From assembly GCA_964016885.1 (NCBI GenBank), contig OZ024740.1, positions 43,896,001 to 43,960,000 of the forward strand: a DNA stretch of 64,000 nt, written 5' to 3'. Position numbers and translations under genes: made by a program. The stretch is from Eledone cirrhosa (lineage: Eukaryota). This document shows, piece after piece, positions 1 through 14,531 of the stretch; within the stretch, counting starts at the first letter, position 1; every line of letters begins with the position of its first letter. The notes under the pieces were generated by a model, which searched no databases, had not been told where the DNA came from, and saw only the letters and a program-made list of their open reading frames with translations.

Positions 1-4
1 CTCA

Positions 5-42
5 CCTTTTGAAAAGCAGAAGAACTGCGAAACCGGTAAAGG
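5..42 (+). ncRNA. Minimal type I hammerhead ribozyme variant (PLE pLTR-type)
   Basis: CCTT-[TTGAAAA]-GCAG-aagaa-CTGC-[GAAA]-CCGG-[TA]-AAGG: stem I cctt/aagg, stem II gcag/ctgc, palindromic stem III accggt, GUA triplet; core UUGAAAA instead of CUGAUGA. Confidence 0.7.
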
Positions 43-174
43 AACCAAATAAATATATATATTTTTTTTAAAAATAAGACACCAGTTGCATTTTCGATTT
101 CATCTCTTTTTCTTTATACTTTCACTCGTGTAGGACAACTCGGTTATTTTTCATTTTGTAAAAAAAAACCTCAC

Positions 175-567
<393 letters not shown>

Positions 568-572
<5 letters not shown>

Positions 573-1801
573 GTTTACATATATATATAAAGTCATAAAT
601 ATATATGTGTTTTGCAACGGGTCACTTTGTGGCTCAATGAACAATTAATAAATTAAATAATCAGAGCTATATATCATAAAACATGTCTATAGAATCACCA
701 GATAAAATATATACCGTTTGCCCTTGGCGCGATCACTTTGGAAAATTAATTGTCTACATTTGAGCTAACTTCCTGAAGAACCCGAAGCTCTAGATATCCA
801 ATGTTATCGGATGTCTTAAAATGCGAATGAAACCATGGTAGAGGAAATTAAATATGTACACTTTTCCTCTAGTTTACACCTAATTCTGTTTAGTTGACTG
901 AATATCTGGTCGATTTATACATACTTATCGATTTATACATATTTATCGAAATATTCGATAAATGATCCGTCGTAACCGCCGCAAAGGGGCTGCTTTCGGT
1001 TATTTGTCGGAGATTTCTTCACAGGAGCCTTTATTCTTATAGCTTGGTCTAATTGATTTTTTATTTGGTTAATTATGTTAATTAGGAGAGGAAACGGTAT
1101 ATAGTTTATCTGGTGATTCTATAGACATGTTTTATGATATATAGCTCTAATTATTTAATTTATTAATTCTTCATTGAGCCACAAAGTGACCCGTTGCAAA
1201 ACACATATATATTTATGACTTTATATATATATATATATATGTAAACCTTTGTATGTAATAATCTCCCGTTAGGTTGAGATACAATTTTGGCTGTATAGGG
1301 CTGCGCTTTCTAGCAAAAAGCCTACCAGCTGTAAGCAACTAATCACATCCTTTCTAACTTGACCGCTGCCACGTCACGATTCTTAGCCATTTTTGAATGC
1401 ATTCTTGGCGCGATCACTTTGGAAAATTAATTGTCTAAATTTGAGCTAACTTCCTGAAGAATGCGAAGCTCTAGATATCCAATGTTATCGGATGTCTTAA
1501 AATGCGGACGAAACCATGGTAGAGGTAATTAAATATGTACACTTTTCTTCTAGTTTATTTTACACCTAATTCTGTTTAGTTGACTGAATATCTGGTCGAT
1601 TTATACATGCTGCCGAAATATTCGATAAATGATCCGTCGTAACCGCCGCGAACGGGGTGCTTTCGGTTATTTGTCGGAGATTTCTTCATAGGAGCCTTTA
1701 TTCTTATAGCTTGTTCTAATTGATTTTTTATTTGGTTAACTATGCTAATTGGGAGAGGAAACGGTATATATGTTATCTGGTGATTCTATAGACATGTTTT
1801 A

Positions 1802-1810
<9 letters not shown>
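568..1810 (+). mobile_element. Non-autonomous PLE pLTR-like element: partial tandem duplication plus inverted terminal segment
   Basis: ~568-719 is the reverse complement of ~1092-1250; ~724-1145 is directly repeated at ~1405-1810; cores cctgaaga-accc/atgc-gaagc near 772 and 1453; flanked by (TA)n; related copies at 4515-5200 and 30660-31310. Confidence 0.6.
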
Positions 1811-1868
<58 letters not shown>

Positions 1869-2069
1869 GAGAGAGTGAGAGGTAGAATCGGACCGACCGG
1901 CTTTAGTCTGAAAACGCTTGGCGATGAGGTCAGGAGTTTAAATATCTGTATAACCGCTCTGCATCTCACCATGCATTGAGTACTCCTATAATAAGTGGTC
2001 TACCTGGACTCAGTACCACAAGCTCTCCCTCCGTCTCCCACTCTCTCTCCTCCCTCTCCCTCTCTCTGC

Positions 2070-2202
<133 letters not shown>

Positions 2203-2219
2203 TATACTATATATAGAGT

Positions 2220-2599
<380 letters not shown>

Positions 2600-3071
2600 A
2601 TTAACACTTTGAAGTGTTCAGGTATCAGCACTGGTTTCGTTAGAGTTAAACATTTCAAAGTCTTCAGATATCTTCTATATATTACTCCGTGTTGCTTTAT
2701 CTCTCATAAAAATATGTCATAATTATAGCAATGTTTGTTGAGATGTGCGGCGAGTTATAAACAGTTATCTGTATAAATATGATTAGAACAGCGGCGTTTG
2801 ATAAACATATTTCCCTCTCTCTACTATGCAAAATTAGAGCAATATTTCTTTTTTGAGAACTGTACGTAGTTTCCACCCACTCAAATTGTTTCATTACTAT
2901 TCCTAAAACACAAACACGCAGACATATGTATATGCTTGCATACATTACATACATCAATTGTGGCTGCTTTTATATGAACATGTCAAAAATATTTCAGAAA
3001 GAAACCATTTCACTGCAGGCTGGTTTGATTATAAATAACAATACAATAATATTTACGAAACTGTATTAAGC

Positions 3072-3149
<78 letters not shown>

Positions 3150-4211
3150 GATGAATATAAAATGAAAGTGCTTTTTTTTAAAAAGGAATTTATTAGGTAT
3201 TGACATATTTTTCTGTAACAGACGGAATACCTATGTATCGCTGCTTGCGTAATGATATAATGTTAGCAAGTATTCGATAGCAAATGTATAATCAGTTGTC
3301 ACTTCTTCAGAGATATTGGATAAATTGGAAAAAATGTATATATATATATATATATAAGCAGAAGGGGTATTCAATGTGTTGGTAATTCAATAAATATAAA
3401 TGTTTATAATTGATTCAGAGCACTCGACAATTTTCTGGAGTATAATATAAAATGATATTATTAAGGAAACTATATTTATAAAGCCATATTTATTCTATTA
3501 TATATTCTTCAAGGGTACCAAAATTTTGGTACGCTATCATCAGATAAAATACGAAGTGTGTTTTATAAATTTGACACAACAATGGAGAATATACCTTAAC
3601 GGTACAAGTTTTCCTTGGATAGTGAGGGGATAAGAGAATAAAAGTCAGATATTACAAATTATTAAGATGAGTATGTAAATGAGGTTTAGGTAAAAGGGCT
3701 GAAAAAAACGTTATTTTAGACGCTATGCAAAATTTAAATAATTATGATGAGTTATTGTATACGTAGGAAAGAAGAGAAAGAAAGAAGAGTTAGCATTTAC
3801 CCTTGCCCCTGGATCATACCAATAGAATGATGATGGGTTATACGGGTCTACATATCAAGAATAACCCAAGAAGGTAACATTTTATTCCAGACATGTGTGA
3901 TCATACACTACATTTAAACAATATTTTCTAGCATATACTAAAACATTAATGAGGGCATGGGTGTTTGAATATGGAGTTACCTTCAGAACCACGTGGTTCT
4001 TGGTTGATTATGGAGTTACTTTCACAACCGTGTTGTTCTGGATTGATTATAGAGTTAGCTTTACAATCAGCAGATTCTGCGTCAATACTGTTGACTGCCA
4101 CCTTCGATAAGTGTCTTCTACTATAGACTTGGCTTGACCGATCTTATGAATGGAATTTTTTTGATGGAAACTGCGGGAACCCATCGATATATATATATAT
4201 ATATATATATG

Positions 4212-4275
<64 letters not shown>

Positions 4276-4295
4276 TATATATATATATATATATG

Positions 4296-4326
<31 letters not shown>

Positions 4327-4329
4327 ACA

Positions 4330-4426
<97 letters not shown>

Positions 4427-4514
4427 CTATATATGTATATATGTATATATATATGTATATATACATATGTATATATATATAAATATATATATGTGTATAT
4501 ATATATATATATAA

Positions 4515-5200
4515 GAAAGTAAGTCCATAGAATCATTTGATAAAATATATACAGTATTTCTTCTGCCAATCAGCATAATCAACCACACAAAAAAATCAAT
4601 TAAATGAGGCTATAAGTTTAAAATGTACTTATGAAGAAACAATAGATAAATAAATGATAGCTATTTTATCCGCGATCCACAGCCACAGAAGATTTACCTA
4701 GTATTTCTAATAGCCTGTAGAAATTGACTAGACATATAGTTAACCATACACAATTAGGTACAAAATCAAAGTTAGAAAAAAAAGTGTACATAAACATACC
4801 AAAAACATGTTCATCCGGAGGTTTCATTCGCTTTTTGGAAATATCCGATCATTGATCATTGATAAATCAACAAGTTTCGAAATCATCAGGAAACAAACTA
4901 AGTTGGACAAAGATTTTTCTTAAATGATCCCCGCCAGAAACGAATTCAAAATGGCTAAGAATTGTCACATGGCCAGTGGTCAAGTCAGAAAGCTTGTGAT
5001 TGGTGCGTGACGGCAAGTTGGCTGGTTGCTAGAAAGCGCAGCTGAATACTGCCTAAAGTTTTACTCAACCTTACGGGAGTATATAAAATATAGAGATTTA
5101 CATATACATAAACTAGACAGCCATAGATAAATATATGTTTTTGGCAACCATTCACGGTGCGGCTCAATGACGAATTAATTAATTAAATAATCAACAATCA
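4515..5200 (-). mobile_element. TA-inserted pLTR-like repeat (family of 568-1810 and 30660-31310)
   Basis: Shared blocks gtccatagaatcatttgata, ccagaaacgaattcaaaatggctaagaa, gctagaaagcgcagc; minus-strand cctgatga-tttc-gaaac at ~4874-4890. Confidence 0.65.
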
Positions 5201-5330
5201 GAGCAATGTATATATATATATATGAATATATATATATATGCATATATATATGTATATATATACATGAATATATATATATGCATATATATATGTATATATA
5301 TATGTATATAAATGTATATATCTCTCTCTC

Positions 5331-5362
<32 letters not shown>

Positions 5363-6389
5363 AGTGTGTGTGTGTGTGTTCTTGATTATGTTTAAGCTTG
5401 TGTTTATGTCTGTGTTTGTGTCAGTAACCAAGTGTGCATATGTGTGTGCGTATCTGCGTGTTTATGTTTTGCAAGTGACATTTCTTTCACCAACTGTATG
5501 ACAGATACAATAGAACGAATTAATAGCAATTCATAGTACACGAGCCAACACATAATATAAATATATGCCACTATGTTTTTCAATATGTTTTAAACTAAAT
5601 GTTCAAAAGAAAGCGATTATAGTTGCAATCAGTGGCAATCCAATATTGAATAACATTCGTTTTATATAAATATTGCCAGGCTATTGTTTACATACAATTC
5701 CCCTTTCAATTTCAGGATTCCTTCAACGCATAATTTAAGAAAGATTATAGTAATATGAGATTAGAGAGTCGTAAGTATCTTCGTGATAATTCATTTGGAT
5801 CGAACACAATTATATAAATGTTATACTTACTTTATTTTGAATAATGCTTAGTTGAAGGCGACAGCTGTTGCATTATCAGGAAAGGATTTTAGATAGAACT
5901 GTAGCAAGAATCTCGATGTTGAAATATTAAATATATGAGAGAATCTAAATTTTAGTCATCGTTATCTATTGAATTATATTCCTTTGCCATGTGATGTGTC
6001 TCAACGTTACGTTTACGCTTCTAACAACCTTAACTATGGCTCGAAATCGGAAACATAATCCAAATACTGTCACAGGTTTTAGTCATTCGACTGCAGGCAT
6101 ACTGAGGCATCTCCTTGGTTTAGTTGAACATATCGATCACAGTACTTAGTTCTCGAAACTACGGGGCACAGACACAGGTACATACGCAAACATAAACACA
6201 CACAGGGGCACACATGCCACACACACACACACACACAAACACGCACACACACATAAAAACAAACGAACATACACACATGAATACACACACGCGCGCACAC
6301 ACATACATACATACATAATACATACATACATACATAATACATACATACATACATACATACATACATACATACATACATACATACATACA

Positions 6390-6421
<32 letters not shown>

Positions 6422-6600
6422 CAGCAAACGAGAGACCGAAATGTCGGTCAGATACCCCTGAGTAACCATCTAGCAACATGTGGTCAGAAAATATTTATAA
6501 TATTTCCATTCTACAAACTACACAGCCCAAGTGAAATCAAGAGGTAAATTTAAAAAAAGAATTTTATTGATAAATTCCAACCGAAGCTAAATGAACAATA

Positions 6601-6720
6601 ATAATTGTTTCTACTTTTGGCACAAGGCCAGTAATTACCCAGTACATTACTGGTACTTTATTTTATCGACCCCGTAAGGATGAAAGGCAAAGTTAACCTC
6701 GGCGGGATTTGAACTCAGAA
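6601..6720 (-). mobile_element. tRNA-derived SINE (partial)
   Basis: Minus strand B-box gagttcaaatc followed by gcctttcatccttacggggtcgataaaataaagtaccag...ggccttgtgccaaaagtagaaac; multiple copies in window. Confidence 0.85.
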
Positions 6721-7089
6721 TGGCAAAATAATGTTTAGGGGTATTACTTCTACTATGACTAAGCCTACGACCATGTCGACTACCACCACTAACAACAACA
6801 ACAATAATAATAAAAGTGATGTTGATGTTGATGATTACTGAAAACTTTTTATAAAAACCCTAGAAAATGCTATTTTCATCATTTCTAAAAATAGCAAAAT
6901 AATTGATGCTTTGGATAGGGTCAAATAGAAGTCGTTAGACTTGCTCAACCAACCGTGACGCCTAAACCAATCATCTTCATTAATCTAGTGAAACCGCACA
7001 CCGATTGGTCGAAATACAGTTTGTAAAACTTAGCTTTCTGTAGCCCCTTTTTACTGTATATAAGGCACAGATTTTAGCCATCTCATTAC

Positions 7090-7276
7090 AGTTGAAAATT
7101 GCCAACTTGACTGTCACCATTGAATTTGAACCTGAAGATTGCGAAAGCAGGAAAGTACTTGTTCAATTAACACTTAACATTTAATATTCTACCATACTAT
7201 TTCATTATAATATCATTATAATTTTAAAGGATTGTAAATAAAACGAGTAAATCAGACAAAGATGGAATTCCTTTTA

Positions 7277-7282
<6 letters not shown>
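7090..7282 (+). mobile_element. PLE pLTR fragment containing minimal hammerhead (7123-7168)
   Basis: Near-identical to 16004-16200; TTGAAC-[CTGAAGA]-ttgc-[GAAA]-gcaggaaagtac-[TT]-GTTCAA. Confidence 0.65.
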
Positions 7283-7321
<39 letters not shown>

Positions 7322-7332
7322 GTGTGTGTATG

Positions 7333-7397
<65 letters not shown>

Positions 7398-7473
7398 CGG
7401 AGGAAATGTGGTAAGGAACCAGGTGGACCATAACGCACCAAAGTAATCAATACTTAGGGTAGTAGAGTGGGTA

Positions 7474-7593
7474 ATAGGAACAAATAAGACCCCGACGGCT
7501 GAGCTCAAGCCGTTTCGACGGCTAATTCAGTCCAGAATTAGCCGTCGAAACGGCTTGAGCGAGCTCAGCCGTCGGTGTCCTACTCGTTCCTAT
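7474..7593. repeat. Fold-back inverted repeat made from a PLE hammerhead 3' half
   Basis: cgacggctgagctcaagccgtttcgacggctaattc-agtcca-gaattagccgtcgaaacggcttgagc(ga)gctcagccgtcg; matches 16251-16297. Confidence 0.8.
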
Positions 7594-8110
7594 ATATATA
7601 TATATATATATATAAAATCATAATTGGGATGTACAAATAAGATTAAAAAATACCTAATTTTATATCAATGTCCCGACTGCTGTTTTGCCGTGTGATTTGC
7701 AACTTTGATACTTTAGGACATCCAAAGCTGAGGCTTCGGCTTTTCAAGAGACGTCTTAATCTAAGAAAAAGATTTCTCCAATTATTCGTTGCCAGTGATA
7801 TTTTCGAAAGGGAAAAATATTACGTGGTTTATGATCATCAAGAAGGTGTTGGGGATAACTGGAGCTGCTAGAAGAAGCATTCTATTTCAGCCTTCTTTTG
7901 TACTCAACAGAAAGGGAGTATAGAACAACATTATTGAATATACGTATATATACATAAGTATAAACATATAATTAGGGTGGCTATCCTTTACCAGTTTTGC
8001 TCGATGAATGAATTAATATATATATATATATGTAAAAGGTAAACAGAAATAACAATACAATCGGTACAGTGTATGGAAGGGATATATCAGGTTAACGCTT
8101 GATATAGCAG

Positions 8111-8150
8111 GAAGAGGGTCTTAACGTTTCGGACGCTAGTCCATCATCAT
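8111..8150 (-). ncRNA. Truncated hammerhead (pLTR remnant)
   Basis: Minus: (a)tgatga-t-GGAC-tagc-GTCC-GAAA-cg-tta-agaccc; 5' strand of stem I lost at a TA junction. Confidence 0.5.
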
Positions 8151-8242
8151 ATAGATATATATAATCCACAATATGGAGTATTCACAACCTCTAACTGGAT
8201 TACCTATAACGATAACTTGTTATCCCTTATATATATATATAT

Positions 8243-8276
<34 letters not shown>

Positions 8277-8746
8277 CAACTTTGCATTTCATTCTTCTGG
8301 GATAAATACATAAAGAACCTGTTAATTACTGGTGTCGGTGTAATCGAATTTCCTCTTCCCCAAAATTCCGGGCTTTGTGCCGCCAAAGTTAGAAAGAATT
8401 ACCCAATAGCATAATACTCATATTGTGTATAGGTTCTTGTAAGTTTTTATGTTGGGGTTATGTATTTATAATCCAAGGCAGAAATAAATGCAAAGCAAGA
8501 GAAACCAGAACTGATGACCATGCGTCAAAAGACGTAGTTGAATTATTCTTTAGACTATCTATATATTACTAAAAGTCTGTGATTGCTTGCTTGCCTGCTT
8601 GTCTGTAACGTAATACAGTAAAAAGGCGCATATTGGGAAAATAGTTTGAAGTTGCCCCTAAAATGGGAATACAAATGGAATAAAACAAGTTTCGCGTAAA
8701 TCGAAGCACGGGTTCCCGAGATATGGGGTTTTCTGGATACCTTCAT

Positions 8747-8792
<46 letters not shown>

Positions 8793-9204
8793 TGGCTGTG
8801 AGAGATAGTGGTTGTGAGAGAGACATAGAGAGAGGGAGAGAGGACAGATAAGGAGAATGGAAGAGAGAGAGAAAGATTGTTGATGGTGTTGTGTATATAT
8901 ATATATGTGAGTGTGTGTGTATATATATATGTATGTGTATATGTGTGTGTGTCTATGACCAGTGTATATAGATCACAGACACCCACATATATGTATACAC
9001 ACATACACACACATATATATATATGTATACAAACACACACATTTATATATATACATACACACGTATCTATAAGGGCCTTCCAGTTTCATTTCACATTATA
9101 TACATGTCTGTGCATATTCTAATTATTTAAAAATTATTTTTAAATGAACATGATTTTATAATAATGAAATTATTGTGTAAAGTACTCAGGTGCACTACAA
9201 CCCG

Positions 9205-10963
9205 TCAAAGGTGCATGTATAGTACATAGAAAAATATACAAATGTCAGGGAAGTGAATAGAGTATGAGTCATGATATACATGTGTGTATGTGTTTGGAGG
9301 GGGAACATTAGGTGTAGTGTTGGCGAATCTTGGGAAGCATGGAGTTTTAAAGGATGCAGTGTCTCGACAGCTAACAACTGATGCAGGTAGTTTGTTCCAT
9401 GCTTCAGCAACTCTGAGCGTGAAAAGATGTTTCCGAAAGTCATGGGAACTGTGCTGCTTTCTGGCTTTGTGGACATGGAATTCAAAAAGGTACTCAGGGT
9501 TGTTGTTGGCAAGATGGGTAACAATTTTGTGGATGTTTACCAAGTCAGTTGCCAGGCGTCGGAGCTTCAATGTATTCATGCCCAGGGAAGCAAGGCGTTC
9601 AGAGTATGGTAGGGTATACGCTTGATGGAGGATATACGCTTGGTTGCATGTCTCTGAACAGTTTCCAGGCGCTCAATGTTCTGAGCAAGATAGGGGTTCC
9701 AGACAGGTGATGCAAATTCTAAGTGTGGCCGCACCATAGCCATGTAGAGCCTTAAATAGATAGCTGGAGAGCGGCTGACAAAGGTCTTGCTGAGTGATGC
9801 TAAGACACCCTCGGCCCTCTTGACAATTTTAGAGACGTGCTTTGTCCAACGCAAATCGCTGCTGACTGTAATGCCCAGGTCACGTTCACAAGAAGAATTC
9901 TTGATATTAGTGTTGTTGAGGGAGTATGTGGACGCTGGGTTTTTACTCCCAAAATGCATGGTGGTGCACTTGTTCACAGCTAGCTTGAGTTGCCAGTCTG
10001 AGATCCATTGTTGCATTGTGTCCAGGTCATACTGCAAGCAAGATCTATAGTGTTCAGGATCGGCCCTTTTTATCTCAAGGTGCAGCTTGATGTCATCTGC
10101 GTACTTTAGTACTGTGGCATTCTTTAAGTTGGCATCTATGTCATTAATATATGCCACAAACAAAAGGGGGCCACCAGATGACACCTCATATGGTGAGGAT
10201 GCTGTCCTAGAACCGTGACTACCTTTCTTCGACTGAGAATGAAGGACTTCAACCAGTTAAAAAGATCATCCTTCACACCCATTGCAGAGAGTTTTGCCAT
10301 AAGCCTTTTGTGTGGCACAGAATTGAAAGCTTTCGCAAAGTCAAGGTAAACAACATCCACCCATGAGCCGCCATCAGTGATCCGGGTGATGTTTTCAAGA
10401 AACTCGATAAGTTGATCACAGCAGCTGGAGTTGGGGATAAATCCAAATTGCGAGGGCCGGATAAGACTGTGAGGGTTCCAGAAATTCCAAAGTCTTTCGC
10501 TGACACAGGATTCCATCAGTTTGGCAATGCAACTAGTAAGACTGACTGGACGATACTTCACAGGTGATGTGCGGTCACCCTTTTTGAACAGAGGAATGAC
10601 ACTGGCAGTTTTCCACTGTTCTGGAGTAACACCGTTGTTCAGACAGAATTGGAAGAAGCGCGATAGCTGGTGCAGAAGGAAGTACCCACCACGTTTAAGA
10701 AGCAGGTACGTAACACCATCAAGACCAGGAGAGGCATGGTTGCGTTTATTTTTTACGTGACGTCGCAGCATTGCAGGTGTAAATTCCATGGTTGTAATAG
10801 AATCCGGTGTCATAGGTGGTGGAGACGGTACACTCTGGTCTTCATTAGTGAAAATGCCTGCATAGCATTCAGCAATGAGCTCTGCGCATTCCTTGGGGTC
10901 GTCAGTAACTTGGATTGTGAAGAGGACCAATTGGAGAGTGAGGCCTCTGCTTTGAGTGAACAA
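9205..10963 (-). pseudogene. LINE ORF2 reverse transcriptase and C-terminus (frameshifted, three fragments)
   Basis: SPGLDG, PLFKKGD, YRPVSLTS, QFGF, YLDFAKAFNSVPH, YADD, VRPHLEFASPVWNP, RVAEAWNKLP. Confidence 0.94.
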
Positions 10964-11144
10964 CCTTACTGTCAGGGCTGGTTTCTATGCGCTGCTCAAA
11001 TTCAAGCACTGCCTTTTTTGTCACCTGTTTGAGGTGGTTGGACGATCTATTTCGCCTCTTCCTATTAATGTCTGATTTGTGCAGTTTGTACTAACATTCA
11101 GCATTGCGACGTTCTTTTCTGGCAAAACGGACTGCTGCAGTCTC

Positions 11145-12173
11145 TCAAATTGCAATTTTGGGATGTTTTTTCCGCTTACGTGGCAGCGATTCTGCACATG
11201 CTATCCATATTGAGCTCAGGATGTTCTGGAGTACAGTGTTTACATCTCCAGAGTCGTAGAACTCAAGCCAGTTTGGACGTTGCAACTCGGTGCAGTAACA
11301 GTTCCAGTTTGCTTTATTCCAGTCAAAGTGAGCAGTTTGGAGATGGTTGTGGTTCTGGTTACTGCCCATGAGGGATAGATTGGCAATGATCATAGCATGA
11401 TCAGAGTCACCTAAAAGTTCCTCAGCGGTAACACTAGTGACCGTTTCAGGAGTAGTGGTGAAGAGTAGGTCCAAAGTGTTGTCACCTCTTGTTGGGGAGG
11501 TGACTACTTGGGACCAATTCGAGTCCAGCACTAGCTCAAGGAAGTCATTTGCACTTGGCGGCCAACGAAAGGTTTCCCAGTCAATCTCAGGGTGATTGAC
11601 GTCTCCTGCAATAAAAACATAAGTGGCTGTTTTCCTGGCTGCAGCTCTGAGGATATCACAAAGTTGAGTGTCCTGATGGTAATTTGGGGGACGGTAAACG
11701 ACCCCAAAGAGCAGTGTTGACATGGTCATACGTATATCGCAGAAAAAAACTTCCGGCTGTGATTGGTTCAAATGAAGACAAGGAATTGCCGACAAATTTG
11801 ACCGAACGTAGACCATTACACCACCACCACCACCACCACGATTAATGCGGTCTTTACGAAACAGGTTGTAGCCAGTTATGCTGAAAACCCCAACACAGAG
11901 TAAGAGATGTGCCCAAGTTTCCGTGACTGTAATGAAGTAAGGGTTGACACTTTTGACGTAGGAGTAAAAAAGATGGATCTTATTGCATAGACTACGTGCA
12001 TTCAAGGACAACAATTTGTAACTTGATTCCAGTATATGATTATATGCAGGTGATGGCAGGTTGTTCTGATTTAGTTTCCCAGAGTTTTTCAGTTTTTTTA
12101 TTGTCAGTTGTTGTGCGTACAGTGTTTTCAGACCAGCTGGTATCTCTTTTCCATGTTTCACCAGCCTTAACAA
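11145..12173 (-). pseudogene. LINE ORF2 AP-endonuclease domain
   Basis: LNARSL, VTETW, GGGVMVYV, VYRPP, AGDVNHP, PTRGDNTLDL, SDH motifs. Confidence 0.93.
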
Positions 12174-13250
12174 ACTTCAATATCTGCCCATCATCACGTA
12201 GGCTGAAGCTTTCATGTTCTGCCGAGCTGCGGTTTAAGGAGGCTGCAGCCCGCAACTTTGGGCGGACAACAGGTGGAAGACCAGGGCATGTTCGGAAAGC
12301 AATCCGACTTTCACGCCTAGCTTTATCAGAGGCTACAAAATATGAACGTGCCTCAGTTGAGTTCGAAAACGACAGTCTAATTAGCCTCCTGGGTTTCGGG
12401 CCTGGTCGGCCAAGGCGTAGAACACCCTTCGCGGGAGCACAGCCCAAGTCTTTGGATGAATTGGCAGCAAATGCCTGAAGATCAACTATGTCTTCTAGTA
12501 CACCAATGGCAATCACTTCGTGGTTTGCAGATTCAGTGGCATTCTCAATGCGTCTAAGTTCGACATGAGGTACGCGGAGATTTTTTAACAAGGCACTCCG
12601 GTAAGATCCCTCATTGTGAGGTTCTACACGAACGCTTGATTTTATTCCCGCTATTTCTCGGCTTAAAGCGGAAATCATTTGCCGTATTTCCTCAAACTCC
12701 GTATTGACGGTCGATTTTTGTTGTTGTTCTTTTCCTTCAACAGGCATGGTAGGAGAAGACACAGTCGTCGGTTGTTGTTGTTGAAAAGTAACGAGGGAGG
12801 AAGACATGGGTTGCTGTTGTTGATGAAGTCCTTAAACGGGGCAAGTGGCAGAAGCTACGTTCGTTGGTTTTTGCTATTGTTCAGGAACAATGGTAGAGGA
12901 AGACACGATATTCCGTTTTTGTTGTTGTTGTTCAGCAGCAATGGTAGAGGCAGACATACAGTCAGGCACTGAAAGGACCAATTTGTTAGCTGGACCATCT
13001 CCCAGAGTCCATCCATCATAGCAATATGATGTTTATTGTTTTGGTCTGGGATCTTAAGGAAGCCTGTGGCGCATTGAAGGCAGACAGAGATGTGACAGGT
13101 TCCACATTCGACCCAACGATTACAGAACGAGTTTTCGGGTTCCGTACAGATGTGATTTTCTGGGCAATGTTCTATTTTGGAACATCGACCAGTTTTGTCG
13201 CTACTTCCTCCATGGATATCACCATGGCAATTTTGTTATTTCTGCCCATC
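12040..13250 (-). pseudogene. LINE ORF1-like remnant (coiled-coil, Q/T/S-rich internal repeats), interrupted by stops
   Basis: ORFs 13172-13396 and 12040-12807 directly upstream of APE; EFEEIRQMISALSREIAGIK coiled coil, RLGRPGPKPRRLIRLSF motif. Confidence 0.6.
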
Positions 13251-14342
13251 CGTAGAAAAACACAGAATGTAAACAATATAGGTTTAGCGCACTTGATTAC
13301 GATAGAAATAAAATGTTTGTTTTTTGTTTTGTTTTTTATGTATTTTTGTTTCCGTTTTCTTAAATATTGTGTGTGTGTACAAAAGAGTCTGCGCATGTAA
13401 ACAAATAAATATGCTGCGTAAGTTAATGAGATAAATGTTTGTTTATGTTTTGTTTTTGTATTTCTGTTTCTGTTTTCCTATGTGTTATGAGTGTGTGTGT
13501 ATGCAACAAGATATTCACACGAATATATAATTATTTATATATATATATAATTAAAAGGTGTATGTGGGTTAGAAGCGAAGTCAATGTTCAGAAATATTTT
13601 ACAAATGTACGTAAGATTGGCCGGTATAGTGTCTCACAAAATAGTGTGGTTTCTTTTCACTTGTGTGTATATGCGAGTGGTATGTATCTGTATATAAATC
13701 TGTGTGTATATTGTTGTTTATAGGTTTTTTGGAGTACTTACTGCGATGCCTAAGGGGTGTAGTCCTTTGTTCTTTGTTTTTCCCGTCCATGTCCACACGT
13801 GGTTTGTTGGCGAAAATCAAATCAAATCAAATATGCTTCGTTAAAATAATTCTATGTTGAAGCTGGTACTAGTTGTCAGGGAACAGTCAAAGTATTTGTA
13901 ATAATGAATATTGTAATCCATTTGACATGTGTTTAGAGGGCTGTTTTTGGTGAAAATATTATATTTTGTTTGGACAAGACGTGGTCAAGCGCCCTTCCTT
14001 GTCACCATTTAAAAAAACAATATTTTGAAGTGAACGTGAACCAACGGGTGACCAAGTATTATATAAAGTTTTAAAATGCAACAATATATCACTTTATCGT
14101 TCACAGTATATTTTACCCAGCTGGATCATCTAAGAAATTTAAAATAGGAAAACGTTTAAGGTTGTTTATGTCAACTAGCTGACCCAATCCAAATTCCATG
14201 GCTTAGTTCGAAACAACCACGAAGTATCAATATGGCATTTTTAATGTTATGCTTATCTGTTATATATATATATTCGAAGCAAATTCGACCTACTATATGA
14301 ATGAGTTAGCAATATATATATACACATATACATACACACATA

Positions 14343-14531
14343 CTAATTGTTTCTACTTTTGGCACAAGGCCAGCAATTATCCCAGTGCATTACTGGTACT
14401 TTATTTTATCGACCCCGTAAGGATGAAAGGCAAAGTTAACCTCGGCGAGATTTGAACTCAGATCATAAAGGGCCGTAACTCTTTGCTGCAATGCATGGCG
14501 TCCGACCCTCTACCGATACTGCTGAACCGCA
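14343..14531 (-). mobile_element. tRNA-derived SINE
   Basis: A-box-like cagcagtatcgg, B-box gagttcaaatc, same body as 6601-6720. Confidence 0.88.

Larger units (their letters stand above)
9160..13850 (-). mobile_element. CR1-group LINE, near full length, decayed (5' boundary approximate)
   Basis: ORF1-like region, APE, RT and CR1-type C-terminus in correct order; ends in (att)-rich tail near 9160. Confidence 0.88.

Noticed and set aside
2610-2675. Minus-strand CTGAAGA...GAAAC hammerhead-like motif
   Set aside because: Stems do not pair convincingly; too degenerate to call.
5716-5770. Exon-like segment (tttcag|...|gtaagt)
   Set aside because: Stops in all three frames and no linked exons identifiable; could only be non-coding.
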